Assembly: GCA_951813565.1 (NCBI GenBank)
Contig: OX638351.1
Coordinates: 5,216,001 to 5,280,000, forward strand
Direction: 5' to 3'
Origin: an uncultured Poribacteria bacterium
Lineage (GTDB): Bacteria > Poribacteria > WGA-4E > WGA-3G
DNA length: 64,000 nucleotides
The translations under genes were made by a program, and so were the position numbers. The notes under the pieces are model-generated. The model was not told the DNA's origin. It saw only the letters and a list, made by a program, of their open reading frames with translations, and searched no databases. Numbering within the stretch: position 1 is the stretch's first letter; each line of letters opens with the position of its first letter. This document shows positions 27,749-37,840 of this stretch, piece by piece.

Positions 27749-28561
27749 CTAACGATTTCCTCCACGACGTCCTCTGGTACCACCGCGCTCCCGAAATTCA
27801 CGGATCATCCGTTCACGATCCCCTCGCGAAGCATTTTGAAATCTCCTCTGCATCTCCCTCATCTTTGCCATCTCTTGCGCCTTCATTTTTTCAGCGGCTG
27901 CTTTTGCCTTATCATCATCTTTATCAGAGGATTTAGATGAGGATTCATTATTATCACTTTCGTTCCGATTAGCACTTTCCGATCTGGACGGACTACTGCG
28001 GCGCGAACCACCAGAACCCAGAAACTGTATATTTCCTCTTCTGAGCGTGATCGTTTCACCATTTTTGTCCAAAGTGACCTTCTTCTGTTCAATTTCCTTA
28101 ACGACAGTATCACCCACTTTATCGCCAACACGGGCTACATAAAATTGATTTGAACGTTGTTCTAACACAAACGCCTCCGATGGTCCACCGTTCGGGTCGA
28201 AAGCTGTACCGATTAGGGTATATTCAGGTTCTTTATTAGGTGGTCTCCAACCGAGCGGACGAAAAAGATTATTGTCAACAATCATACCGTAAAAATCGGA
28301 GCTATTATCTGCCTCAGAACTATTGGAACGTTGCTGTCCACCCCAGTTCGACGCTTGCTGACGACCTTGTGCTGACCAGTTCTGTTGACGGTTGCGAAAC
28401 TGTGCTGACCGTTGTGCCGCTTGCGGACTCATTTGTCTTTCTTTAACCGCAATAAGTTTCTCTTTAGTCTCATTCTGTGCTTGTAGTTTTACCCCAATTA
28501 AGAGTAGTAACCCTACTACACAACTTATTCCTAAAAAAACGAGAATTTTTGAATACTTCAC
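27749..28561 (-). CDS. GspC/PilP-like protein, paralog of 25128-25904
   Basis: GTG start in the same GGAGAATATAGTG context; shared DNNLFRPLGWRPPN..YTLIGTA. Confidence 0.6.
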   Translation of the reverse strand: MKYSKILVFLGISCVVGLLLLIGVKLQAQNETKEKLIAVKERQMSPQAAQRSAQFRNRQQNWSAQGRQQASNWGGQQRSNSSEADNSSDFYGMIVDNNLFRPLGWRPPNKEPEYTLIGTAFDPNGGPSEAFVLEQRSNQFYVARVGDKVGDTVVKEIEQKKVTLDKNGETITLRRGNIQFLGSGGSRRSSPSRSESANRNESDNNESSSKSSDKDDDKAKAAAEKMKAQEMAKMREMQRRFQNASRGDRERMIREFRERGGTRGRRGGNR

Positions 28562-28679
28562 TATATTCTCCTTGTTTGCAGTACGATGTGAATCACTATA
28601 AACCTGCAAAGCATCTTTTCATTTAGTTTGACTATTTTGGTCGTAAAAAGTTCATTTTTTTTTAGATTCCACTATTAAT

Positions 28680-29037
28680 AACTATAGTTTGGACATTTTT
28701 TTATATGTGAGTTCAATATAAGAGATCGATTTATACATCTGTTAACAATTTTGACGCAACACACAAAACAGAAACCCTCTTTGCTCCAGCAGAGCAATAT
28801 GTTTATAGCAACAGTATGAACCGTCATATCCGCTCCAGCGGAGCGGTCCGTAGTGAACTGGCACATAGCACTCTGCTGGAGTGCGAGAATGTGTACATTA
28901 TGTTTTCTATAGACATAGCACTCCGCTGGAGTGCAGCATTTTCGCGGGGTTCCATTGATATGAGAAACTCGCAAAAAAATAGATTCTCCATTGAAAACTC
29001 AACTATCACTGAACAAGAATTGTCAAAACTTTAGTAT
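28680..29037. repeat. MITE-D (ACTATAGTTTGGACA...TGTCAAAACTTTAGT) containing GCTCCAGCGGAGC-type palindromes
   Basis: Ends resemble 34406-34780; four related internal palindromes. Confidence 0.55.
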
Positions 29038-29088
29038 TAATAATTTTACTACATTTTTTACCTGATGTCAAGTTTCCTAATAATGAGG

Positions 29089-30138
29089 CAGGGTTATTCA
29101 GTGTTATGAATTTTCATTTTATAAGGTTAATTGCGAGTTTAGGTTTTGAAGCGAGATATTTGATTGTATCAGAGATAGCTGTATACCCTGCAAATCGTCC
29201 TACCGATAATGCTGTATTACGATTTGCTGCCATAACTTGTGGTATAGCACCGCATCGGACAGGAGAGGCATCTTCTACAAGCACCGTTCCTCGCATCCAG
29301 TGCGACTTGTTCTCTATTGACCAATGTCCACGCCGTCCAGTCAGTAAGCGTTCGGCAGATGCTGCTGCGGGTTTTAGACTTGTTATACCATAGTGGACTT
29401 TTGTGTGTTTCTTCTTTTGTGTTCAGACTTTTGTCCGTCCAATGATATTGGATCACTTGTGCTATCCCTGGCCAGTCCAGATACGCATTGAGGCTTGTGC
29501 TTGCTTTGGGACACCTTGTCTCAAGTCTCCCATGTGATTTTTCAACTGTCTCGTAAATGTGGATCGGTTTTCCTAAAACAGGGTGTGTTGTCTCCTCAGA
29601 AAGTGTGTCAGGAACGTCTTGAAAAAGTTTCTCAATCGCATCTAAAAGGTCAGGTTGGTTGTCTTTGACAGGGAGCACATAGTCGCCTTCACGCTCTATG
29701 ATGGCATGGCAGAAAGTTCGCTGTGTCAAATTCTTAGAGTTTCTTCTAATGCCTCAACATCTAACTTTTTCAATAGATTATGGATAGTTGCAGCACAAGG
29801 TGTTATCTTCTTTGTGAAACCGAGTGCTTTTGCGAGTGCTGGTTGTGAGCGTGCCCAAATAGCGATTGATGTCCACCCTTTATGTCCGCACATCAATCCG
29901 ATAACGACAAGTGCAAGGATTGATGTCAGCGGATGTCGTTTCCCTTTATTCTTGCGTGGGTCTTCAAGTTTTGCTAACATATCTATCAAGTGGCAAGATT
30001 TTCTTCTTGTCATTATTCACCTCAAAATAGGTCGTTTTAAGGTGAACTATAGCAGATATGGTGTAAAAAAACACGCTATATCTGCTTTTCATAAAAAATA
30101 AATACTTGTGAAAAAATTTCGAAAACTGAATAACCCTG
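29089..30138 (-). pseudogene. ISAs1 (H-repeat) family IS with an internally deleted, frameshifted transposase
   Basis: IRs CAGGGTTATTCAGT/ACTGAATAACCCTG. Fragments DPRKNKGKRHPL and TQRTFC..GDYVLPVKDNQP..EKSHGRLETR lie in different frames. Confidence 0.85.
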
Positions 30139-30405
30139 AACGGAAAGGGTGAGTGTTGAGGATGTTTGTCAACAACTCGGGATACATTGGTATCGTTCTG
30201 TGAACCTCACACTCGGATTGCGTGTCGCTTTTCTGCGCTTGCGAATAGCGCAAACGTTATTTTCTGTGAGTTCAAAACAAAAATCATACATGCAGAATAT
30301 TGCACATATCTTTCAACAAATCAAAGATAAACCTATGGACAAGCCTACTTGAATATAATAATATTGTCCAAACTTTAGCGTGCAGGTGCATAAGTCCTGA
30401 CTATA

Positions 30406-30598
30406 ATAACCTAAGTTGCTACGGACAAGATTTCAAGTTAGCAAACACTGCTTTTTACTGAAAAACAAGGCTTTTTCGCTGATTCTTATGTTTTTTGTTC
30501 TAAAATCCAAATCAACACCAAATGCGCGTTTGGTATTTGGCGGGGTTAGAAACCCCTCCTACAAGAGCATTTGCGAAATAGGTGGCAACTTGGGTTAT
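30406..30598. repeat. MITE-A copy carrying an extra hairpin cassette
   Basis: Nearly identical to 43145-43302 except for an insertion at about 30507-30540. Confidence 0.85.
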
Positions 30599-30665
30599 AA
30601 TAACAGGAATCTAATATTAACCACACTGATAATGTCAACATATCCTAACTATTGTAAAGAATTGA

Positions 30666-30983
30666 TCAATATGAACCGTGTGTATTAGATTCTCGGATTT
30701 TGCTTACTCGCGATCTTGGTGTTACAAAACGAGTTATAACAAAGTAGATTAGCCATGTCAAACCGAAAGGCACAGCAAAAGTAATAAGAAATTCAGCAGC
30801 AAAATATAGTTCCGTCCCCAACGGCCAGGGTGCGTTAAGCGGCATAGCACCCATTTTCCGATAAGACATTAATCTAAGAAAGTCCATGTAAAGATATGAT
30901 TTTGTTATCCCCCAAAACCCGAATAGAAGGGACGATATAAGAGTTAGGATGAAAAAACCTCGCTTCCAGATGATTGATTTCAT
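30666..30983 (-). CDS. Small two-TM membrane protein
   Basis: Two hydrophobic segments; AAGGGGG upstream. Confidence 0.55.
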   Translation of the reverse strand: MKSIIWKRGFFILTLISSLLFGFWGITKSYLYMDFLRLMSYRKMGAMPLNAPWPLGTELYFAAEFLITFAVPFGLTWLIYFVITRFVTPRSRVSKIRESNTHGSY

Positions 30984-31059
30984 TGGATACCCCCTTGTGA
31001 GTTAGGTCTACTTACATTTTTCATGTTTGGTTATGTGGTGTTATAGTACCGCATAAGCG

Positions 31060-34000
31060 TTAATATCGCGTAATCGTTTCATGTAAGTTCAAAATTACCC
31101 GTGCGACAGAGGTCCATGCTGCGAGTTCAATAGGTTCAATACCTTGTGTTGCAGGTGTTTCACCCATTGCCATTAAAGTCTTCGCTGCGTCCGGGTTGTC
31201 GGTGTATTCGGTTTTGTGTTTTTCGAACAATCCTATCATAATTTCCAGCTCTTTCGGTTGTGGTAATCTTGACAGTGCTCGGTGATACGCCCAATTGATA
31301 CGGTTTTCTGGGGTCTGTCCACCTTCTTTGATAATTCGTGCAGCAAACACACGTGCCGCCTCAACGTAGGTTGGGTCATTGAGCAGTGTAAGTGCCTGCA
31401 TAGGCGTATTTGAAGTAGATCTTTCCGCAGTACACTCCTGCCTGCTCGGTGCGTCAAAAGCCATCATGCTTGGATGCAAGAAGGTGCGCTGCCAGTGGGT
31501 ATAAAGCCCTCGGCGGTACTGACTTTCACCTTTGTCATGGACATATTTGCGCTTCGGGAAGTTCAGATTTGAATAATATCCCACAGGTTGATACGGTCTA
31601 ACACTTGGCCCACCAATTTTTGGCACAAGAAGTCCGCTCAGAAGGAGTGCGTTGTCACGCACGATTTCTGCATCAAGTCGCCAGCGTGACTGACGTGCAA
31701 CAAGGCGGTTGTACGGGTCTTTTTCGCGTAACACTTCATTTGGTTTTGAAGATTGACGATAAGCGTTTGAAGTGACAATAAGTTTCACCATGTGCTTGAC
31801 GTTCCACCCACTTTCTATAAACTCTACCGCTAACCAGTCAAGTAGTTCTGAATGTACAGGTGGTTCACCTTGCGCGCCAAGGTCATCAAGAACACGGGAT
31901 ATGCCTGTTCCAAAGTAAAGCGCCCAAAGACGGTTAACAAATGTCCGTGCGGTCAATGGATTGTTCCGTGAAACAACCCATTTGGCGAGGTCAAGTCGTG
32001 TCGCGCGGCGGTTTTTGATCCCAAGATCTCCGATAAATTCTGGTATCATAGGTTCAACGATTTCACCCGAATCGTCTAACCAATTGCCTCTCGGCAAAAT
32101 GCGCGTTGTTCGCGGTTGAACCGACAAGGTTGTTAAGGAATATGGACTCTTGGAATTGATCTCATTTTTGCGTTTTTCGAGGTCGGCAATCTGGTTGCGG
32201 ATACCGTCAAGGGCAGGGGCAATTTGTCTATAATAGTCAGCAATCTGTTTTCGTTGGTTTGTCGTTCTAACAAAAGAATCAACTTGGATTGCTTTGAGGG
32301 CAGCAGCATCGTGGGTATTCTTCGTCGCTGCGGCAAGAGTTGTCGCAATGCCTGCTACATCCCAATATGCTTTACCACCAAACTGTGCAAACGCCATACC
32401 GTTCAGGACACTCCCCGCTTTCAATCCAACGACTGCGGGGTCAACTTCAAGACGCACCCATTCACCAAGATTTGGAAGATCTCCCATCGGTTTGTGAGCG
32501 GGTATATCATTCCCTATTCCACCATAAGTAATTTTGTCTTCACCCCAGAATGCCCGGTGGTCCCAGTTTCCATCGTTCCACTGAAGCATGATTGTTTTCG
32601 GAGGATTTTCGGGGTCTAACCAGACATAAGCAAAAAGTTTGTCGCCCTCAGCCAGCGTGATTTTCCGATTTGCGCCTCGGAAGGCATGCTGCACAAGTTG
32701 TTCTGGTGCTGCGGTCTGTATCCGTGAACGTTCTTTGCTGAAAACTGGACCCTCATTTTGGGCAACAAATTTCCACGTGCCTTCAGTTCTACCACCGTTT
32801 GACTGTGCATCGTCTACCCATGCGAAATCAGCTACTTCTGTTGAAGAGAGAAGTGAACGGATTTCTTGCTCCCACTTTGTTTGTTCAGCTTGCAATCCAG
32901 GTGATGGCAACTCATATACTTTGCGTAATCTCACTAATTCATCGTCAATTTTCTGCAATTCATCTTGTTGTTCCGGTGATGGTAGCATTACAACCGGATC
33001 CCATTTACTTCCTCCACCATATACACCGGGGCCCTGAATATCAGCGAAGAAAGCAGCAAAGCTGTAAAAATCCTTTGCAGTGTAAGGGTCAAATTTATGG
33101 TCGTGGCATTGTGCGCAGCCGAGTGTAGCCCCTAACCAGACAGACGCTGTGGTTCGCACCCTATCAGCAGCATAGATTGCGAGGTATTCTTTTGCTTGTG
33201 CGCCACCTTCGGCAGTGGTTTGATTTAATCTGTTATACCCTGATGCGACTTTCTGTTCTGGTGATGCATTCGGAAGCAGATCGCCTGCAAGGTTTTCTAA
33301 TGTAAATTGATCAAACGGCATATTATCATTAAATGCTTTAATCACATAGTCTCTGTAGGGCCATACGCTAACATTCTCGTCCGAATGGTAACCGCTTGTA
33401 TCAGCATAGCGGACCAGATCAAGCCAGTAAATCGCAAGCCTCTCGCCGTACTGCGGTGTTGACAGCAGGCGATTGACCAGGCCCTCATAAGTCCCTGGAC
33501 GTTCATCTCTTACGAATTGATCTACCTCAGCTGGTGTTGGTAATAACCCCGTTAAATCAAAGTATAGACGGCGAATGAGTGTTCGTTTATCCGCCTCTGA
33601 AGAAGGTTCAAGCCCTTCTGTATCTAACTTTCCGAGAATAAATTGATCAATCGGATTTCGCACCCAATCAAGATTTTTAACTTCTGGTGCTTCAATCCGT
33701 TTCGGTGGACTATAAGCCCAATGTTCCTCCCACTCAGCACCTTCAGCAATCCATTGAATTAACGTATCAATCTGTTCTTGGGTAGGTTGACGATTAGAGG
33801 TTTGCGGTGGCATCCGTCTATCAATGTCTTCGTGTGTGATACGCTGGACCAATTCACTGTTTTCTGGGTCACCGGGGACGATAATTGGAAAACCGCGTGG
33901 TGCAGAGAATGCACCTTCCTTAATATCAAGTCGTAGTTCGGCTTGCCGTACCGCCGGATCGGGCCCGTGGCACGCATAGCACTTATCGGACAAAATCGGA

Positions 34001-34146
34001 CGAATATCTCGATCAAATTGGATTTTCTTAGCAGCGGCGAGCTGTGCTGTCGTTGTCAGGAACAACGCGATTGCTAAAAAACATATAAACCCTTTGCATA
34101 ATGGCAGCAACGAAAATAACTTTGTTTGTTGGTACGTCCTAAACAT
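31060..34146 (-). CDS. Planctomycete-type cytochrome c protein (PSCyt1/PSCyt2-DUF1549/PSD1-DUF1553)
   Basis: CYACHG, NPIDQFI, LIRRLYFDLTGL, CAQCHDHKFDP, NPLTARTFVNRLW and TPMQALTLLN. Confidence 0.92.
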   Translation of the reverse strand: MFRTYQQTKLFSLLPLCKGFICFLAIALFLTTTAQLAAAKKIQFDRDIRPILSDKCYACHGPDPAVRQAELRLDIKEGAFSAPRGFPIIVPGDPENSELVQRITHEDIDRRMPPQTSNRQPTQEQIDTLIQWIAEGAEWEEHWAYSPPKRIEAPEVKNLDWVRNPIDQFILGKLDTEGLEPSSEADKRTLIRRLYFDLTGLLPTPAEVDQFVRDERPGTYEGLVNRLLSTPQYGERLAIYWLDLVRYADTSGYHSDENVSVWPYRDYVIKAFNDNMPFDQFTLENLAGDLLPNASPEQKVASGYNRLNQTTAEGGAQAKEYLAIYAADRVRTTASVWLGATLGCAQCHDHKFDPYTAKDFYSFAAFFADIQGPGVYGGGSKWDPVVMLPSPEQQDELQKIDDELVRLRKVYELPSPGLQAEQTKWEQEIRSLLSSTEVADFAWVDDAQSNGGRTEGTWKFVAQNEGPVFSKERSRIQTAAPEQLVQHAFRGANRKITLAEGDKLFAYVWLDPENPPKTIMLQWNDGNWDHRAFWGEDKITYGGIGNDIPAHKPMGDLPNLGEWVRLEVDPAVVGLKAGSVLNGMAFAQFGGKAYWDVAGIATTLAAATKNTHDAAALKAIQVDSFVRTTNQRKQIADYYRQIAPALDGIRNQIADLEKRKNEINSKSPYSLTTLSVQPRTTRILPRGNWLDDSGEIVEPMIPEFIGDLGIKNRRATRLDLAKWVVSRNNPLTARTFVNRLWALYFGTGISRVLDDLGAQGEPPVHSELLDWLAVEFIESGWNVKHMVKLIVTSNAYRQSSKPNEVLREKDPYNRLVARQSRWRLDAEIVRDNALLLSGLLVPKIGGPSVRPYQPVGYYSNLNFPKRKYVHDKGESQYRRGLYTHWQRTFLHPSMMAFDAPSRQECTAERSTSNTPMQALTLLNDPTYVEAARVFAARIIKEGGQTPENRINWAYHRALSRLPQPKELEIMIGLFEKHKTEYTDNPDAAKTLMAMGETPATQGIEPIELAAWTSVARVILNLHETITRY

Positions 34147-34405
34147 TGTAGAACATCTCCTCCTCGCAAGTAGACGAAAATATTGGTGCTATAAACCTTA
34201 AGATTTTGTATGGCAAGTAATTTATCATAAAAATGAAATATGTGCAAATCAAATCTTTCAGGGCAAGATTATTTAGTTTTAAGAATTACCAGTTGATGCG
34301 TGTTACTGAAAGTTTATATTGTCCGTTGGGTAGAGTTTTTGGAAACCGAACTCGTATGCGCAAATGTCGGGTTTTGCACGCTCTACCCAACGAACAATAC
34401 TATAA

Positions 34406-34780
34406 TATACTATACTTTGGACAATTTTAGCTGTTTTCGTGAGGTTGGGTTAGAGAAAAACATATAGTTTTCATATTGGACACCTGTCGCCCCGCTGGGG
34501 CTGAAGCGGGTTGTTTACCGCGTTTCTATACACCTGTCGCCCCGCTGGGGCTGCCCAAAAGGTATTTTGGACGAGTTCTTTCAGCAAGCAAAATCGCAGA
34601 AAATATAAATAATATAAGATGACACCTTAGCCCCAGCGGGGCGACAGGTATATAGAAGAAGGTAATTGCCGCTGTCTAAAGCCCCAGCGGGGCGACAGGT
34701 GTCCAATATTTTGCTTTGGACACCTAACAGTTTCTCAGCAAGTCCTCGAACAATATGTAAATTGTCCAAACTATAGTATA
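34406..34780. repeat. MITE-D containing four (ACCTGT)CGCCCCGCTGGGGCT REPs, two direct and two inverted
   Basis: TIR TATACTATACTTTGGACAATTT/AAATTGTCCAAACTATAGTATA. Confidence 0.7.
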
Positions 34781-34783
34781 ATA

Positions 34784-35348
34784 TAACGTGAGTTTGATAA
34801 TTAACTGGACAGGCAAAAATTGAACAGAGAACGGGCATATTTGCTGAAAAAATCGTTATTTTGGTGTTTTTAACCCCTAATACCACATTAACTTGATTCA
34901 TATTTATGGAGCAGTTAGGAAAACGTACCTTATGCATCAATTTAAGGATATACCCTCTTGTGGGAGTGAATCAACGCAGCATGCGCGTCCGGCATGCTGC
35001 CAAATCAACGCCAAATGCGCTTTTTGGCATTTGGCGGGTTTTCAACCCCGATTTTCTTCTGTAGGAGCGACCTCCCGGTCGCGAGCTGGAGCTCGCTCCT
35101 ACAGAATGTCCGAGGCGACAAGTCATGGCGAATACCACGCGTATTCGCCCAAGTGCGCTTGGCGTTGATTTGGCAATGAATTGCGCGACTACGCTTTTTT
35201 TCTTAAATTGACAGTTATGGTGCGGTTAGGAAACCGCACCTACCGTCCGGAAAATGCGATAAATCCCGTTAATTTGGTATAAATCCCCCTTATCAGAGGA
35301 CTTTAAGAGGAAATGTAGAAATCCTAACTATTTATCAAACTCACGTTA
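34784..35348. repeat. MITE-C (TAACGTGAGTTTGATAA TIR) containing MITE-B, REPs and hairpin cassettes
   Basis: Perfect 17-bp TIR, repeated at 57089-57690. Confidence 0.75.
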
Positions 35349-35353
35349 ATAAG

Positions 35354-35980
35354 TTATTTGCAGCCACATAACGCGCTGAGGTATTCCTCAGCGCGTTTTC
35401 CTGCACCTGTCGGCGACATAATACCTGACATAACTGCAACACCTGCTGCCCTCGTTTCCAAGCACTCACCAGCACGCGCTGGCGTAATCCCCCCAAGTGC
35501 AAACACAGGTAACTTGATTTGTTTCACTAACTTTTCAAGGTTTGCCACACCAACAGCCGGTCCATATCCAAGTTTGCTTGCTGTTGGATATATTGGACTA
35601 TAAGTGATGAAATCTGCGCCTTGAGTCTCTCGTTTTTTGGCAGCATCAACACCGTGTATTGAACATCCGATCAGAAAATCGGAGTTTGACTGTGCTTTCA
35701 CTTTGTCTACAGACACATCAATATCGGGTAGATGAACACCTACAGCACCCACATCAATAGCGACTTGTACATTGGTATTAATGAATAGACTCGCGTTATT
35801 CGTTTGACACAAATCGGATATAGGTTTTGCCAACTCGTACAAAGCAACTTCGTCTAAATCTTTTTCGCGCAGTTGGATTGCACTGACCCCAACATCCAAA
35901 ATTTCTGAAATGACAGTGAGTAAAGACTTGGGTGCGCACAAGTGCCTATTTGTAATGACATACAGATTAAAATCAATCAT
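35354..35980 (-). CDS. thiE: Thiamine-phosphate synthase family protein (ThiE/TenI)
   Basis: LYVIT, IQLREK, GVHL, SPIYPTASK and ALGGIT. Confidence 0.8.
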   Translation of the reverse strand: MIDFNLYVITNRHLCAPKSLLTVISEILDVGVSAIQLREKDLDEVALYELAKPISDLCQTNNASLFINTNVQVAIDVGAVGVHLPDIDVSVDKVKAQSNSDFLIGCSIHGVDAAKKRETQGADFITYSPIYPTASKLGYGPAVGVANLEKLVKQIKLPVFALGGITPARAGECLETRAAGVAVMSGIMSPTGAGKRAEEYLSALCGCK

Positions 35981-35989
35981 TTGTTATGG

Positions 35990-37366
35990 TTAGATACGAC
36001 GAAGTCTTGCAGCGAAAGCACCATCGACTCCATGCTCATGGGGAAAAGTTTGCAGAAAGCCTTGAGGTGTTATTGCACTCTGTGGAATATCGGGTAAGAA
36101 TTCACTCGCATGTTCCAATGTAAACATCGGAAAATTCTTCAAAAACCGATTGATGATTTCTTCATTTTCTGTCGGTTCAATTGTACAAGTGCTGTAAACT
36201 AAAATACCGCCGGGTTTGATATGTGGTGCCGCATTTTTTAAAAGACGGTACTGTAGGTTGCTAAGAGAACGCAGTTGATCAGATGTTTTGTTCCAACGTA
36301 TGTCGGGGTGTCGCCGAAGTGTGCCGAACCCTGAACATGGCACGTCTATAAGCACAGCATCTGCAGCGCTGATAAAACTGAGATCCGCTTTTGTGGCGTC
36401 TATTGTTCGGGTTTCCACGTTCTGAACTCCGATGCGCTTGCAATTCTCTCGCAATATATTAAGCTTCTTCTCAGAAATATCAACGGCAATTATCTTACCT
36501 GAATTACCCAGCATACACGCGATGTGTGTTGTTTTACCTCCTGGCGCTGCGCATAGGTCAACAACCAACTTTGGAGATTCCGACATGAGCAAGTACGGAA
36601 CTAACATTGCACTCTCGTCTTGTACATAGACGTCATCACGATTAAGCACATCTTTTAACGTTTTTTCGCTGGTAGCACTTGAAACAGCATCGTAAGCAGT
36701 GATCGTTCCATTATCTATCACGATACCATCAGGCGCTATTTCCGAAACTTTGGTAGATAACCCGTTTGATTTTAGAGATTCGCTGAGTTCATCACGATTT
36801 GTTAGAAGGGAATTCGCGCGAAACGTTAGCGGAGCAACTTTATTGCTTGCTTGGCAAAATGCCAAAGTCCAGGGAAGTCCGCGCGTATGAATCCACTTAT
36901 TCACTAACCATTTCGGATATGACAGTGAGAAAGATATATGTTCTATTGGGTGAGTGTCAAGCGGAGGATAGGATAATTCTGATTCCTTGCGTTGAAGGGA
37001 ACGTAAAACAGCATTAATAAAACCAGCTGTCTTTCTATTCTTTTTGAAAAGTTGGACAGTTTCAAAAATTGCGGCGTGCGGAGGAATGCCATCAAGGTGT
37101 AACAATTGAAACGCGCCGAGCCGAAGGATAGCACGACGCTTTGTATCTAACCGAAATTGAGGGTTGATGAAATGTTCCAGCACCCAATCCAATTGTTGTC
37201 GCCAACGAACAACGCCATAGACCAATGCGTTTGCCAACCGGCGTTCACGACCGTTGAGAGTGGACCGCTTAAATGCGTTATCAACAACAACCGCAATTGA
37301 CAAATCAGTTTCAGAGAGGTCCAAGAGACATGTTAATGCGACTTCGCGTGCATTCATTATTACCAT
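35990..37366 (-). CDS. rsmB: 16S rRNA m5C967 methyltransferase
   Basis: NusB-like N-terminus, VQDESAM, DLCAAPGGKT, DVPCSGFG and YSTCT. Confidence 0.93.
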   Translation of the reverse strand: MVIMNAREVALTCLLDLSETDLSIAVVVDNAFKRSTLNGRERRLANALVYGVVRWRQQLDWVLEHFINPQFRLDTKRRAILRLGAFQLLHLDGIPPHAAIFETVQLFKKNRKTAGFINAVLRSLQRKESELSYPPLDTHPIEHISFSLSYPKWLVNKWIHTRGLPWTLAFCQASNKVAPLTFRANSLLTNRDELSESLKSNGLSTKVSEIAPDGIVIDNGTITAYDAVSSATSEKTLKDVLNRDDVYVQDESAMLVPYLLMSESPKLVVDLCAAPGGKTTHIACMLGNSGKIIAVDISEKKLNILRENCKRIGVQNVETRTIDATKADLSFISAADAVLIDVPCSGFGTLRRHPDIRWNKTSDQLRSLSNLQYRLLKNAAPHIKPGGILVYSTCTIEPTENEEIINRFLKNFPMFTLEHASEFLPDIPQSAITPQGFLQTFPHEHGVDGAFAARLRRI

Positions 37367-37468
37367 CTTACCTACACGCTGTACGATGCTCTTGTGCGGA
37401 TTAAAACAACACCACCAACTTGCTGGATCTGAGTAGATTTAGAAATTGATGCGGATGTAATTAGCAGA

Positions 37469-37732
37469 TTAGGCAGTAAGCGCGTTTAACTTGCGAACAA
37501 TTCGTGATTTTTGGCGATTCGCAGTGCCTTTTTTGATAACACCTTTACTTGCGGCTCTATCAAGCAAACTTACAGTGGTTTTGCACAATTGTTGTGCTTT
37601 TTCTACGTCACCTTCCTGAAGTGCTAATTCGGCAGCTTTCAGCGAAGTTCTGAGCGTCAATTTCCGGTGTCTGTTACGCGTACGTTTTTTCGCATCCGCG
37701 CGTGCATGTTTCTTTGCAGATTGTCTATGCAA
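37469..37732 (-). CDS. rpsT: 30S ribosomal protein S20
   Basis: SAKK..RNR..DRAASKGVIKKGTANRQKSR; TTG start with GGAG ribosome binding site. Confidence 0.92.
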   Translation of the reverse strand: MHRQSAKKHARADAKKRTRNRHRKLTLRTSLKAAELALQEGDVEKAQQLCKTTVSLLDRAASKGVIKKGTANRQKSRIVRKLNALTA

Positions 37733-37840
37733 AACGTAACTCCTTATTTTATTAATGTTTTATATACTTCCATTAATGATACCACAAAAATCGGTGTTTG
37801 TCCAAAATTTCTGAACATTTGTAATTTACTTGTAGATTTT

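Noticed and set aside
30149..30352. Functional 67-aa gene next to ISAs1
   Set aside because: It begins right at the IS boundary and looks like a truncated remnant. No family could be assigned.
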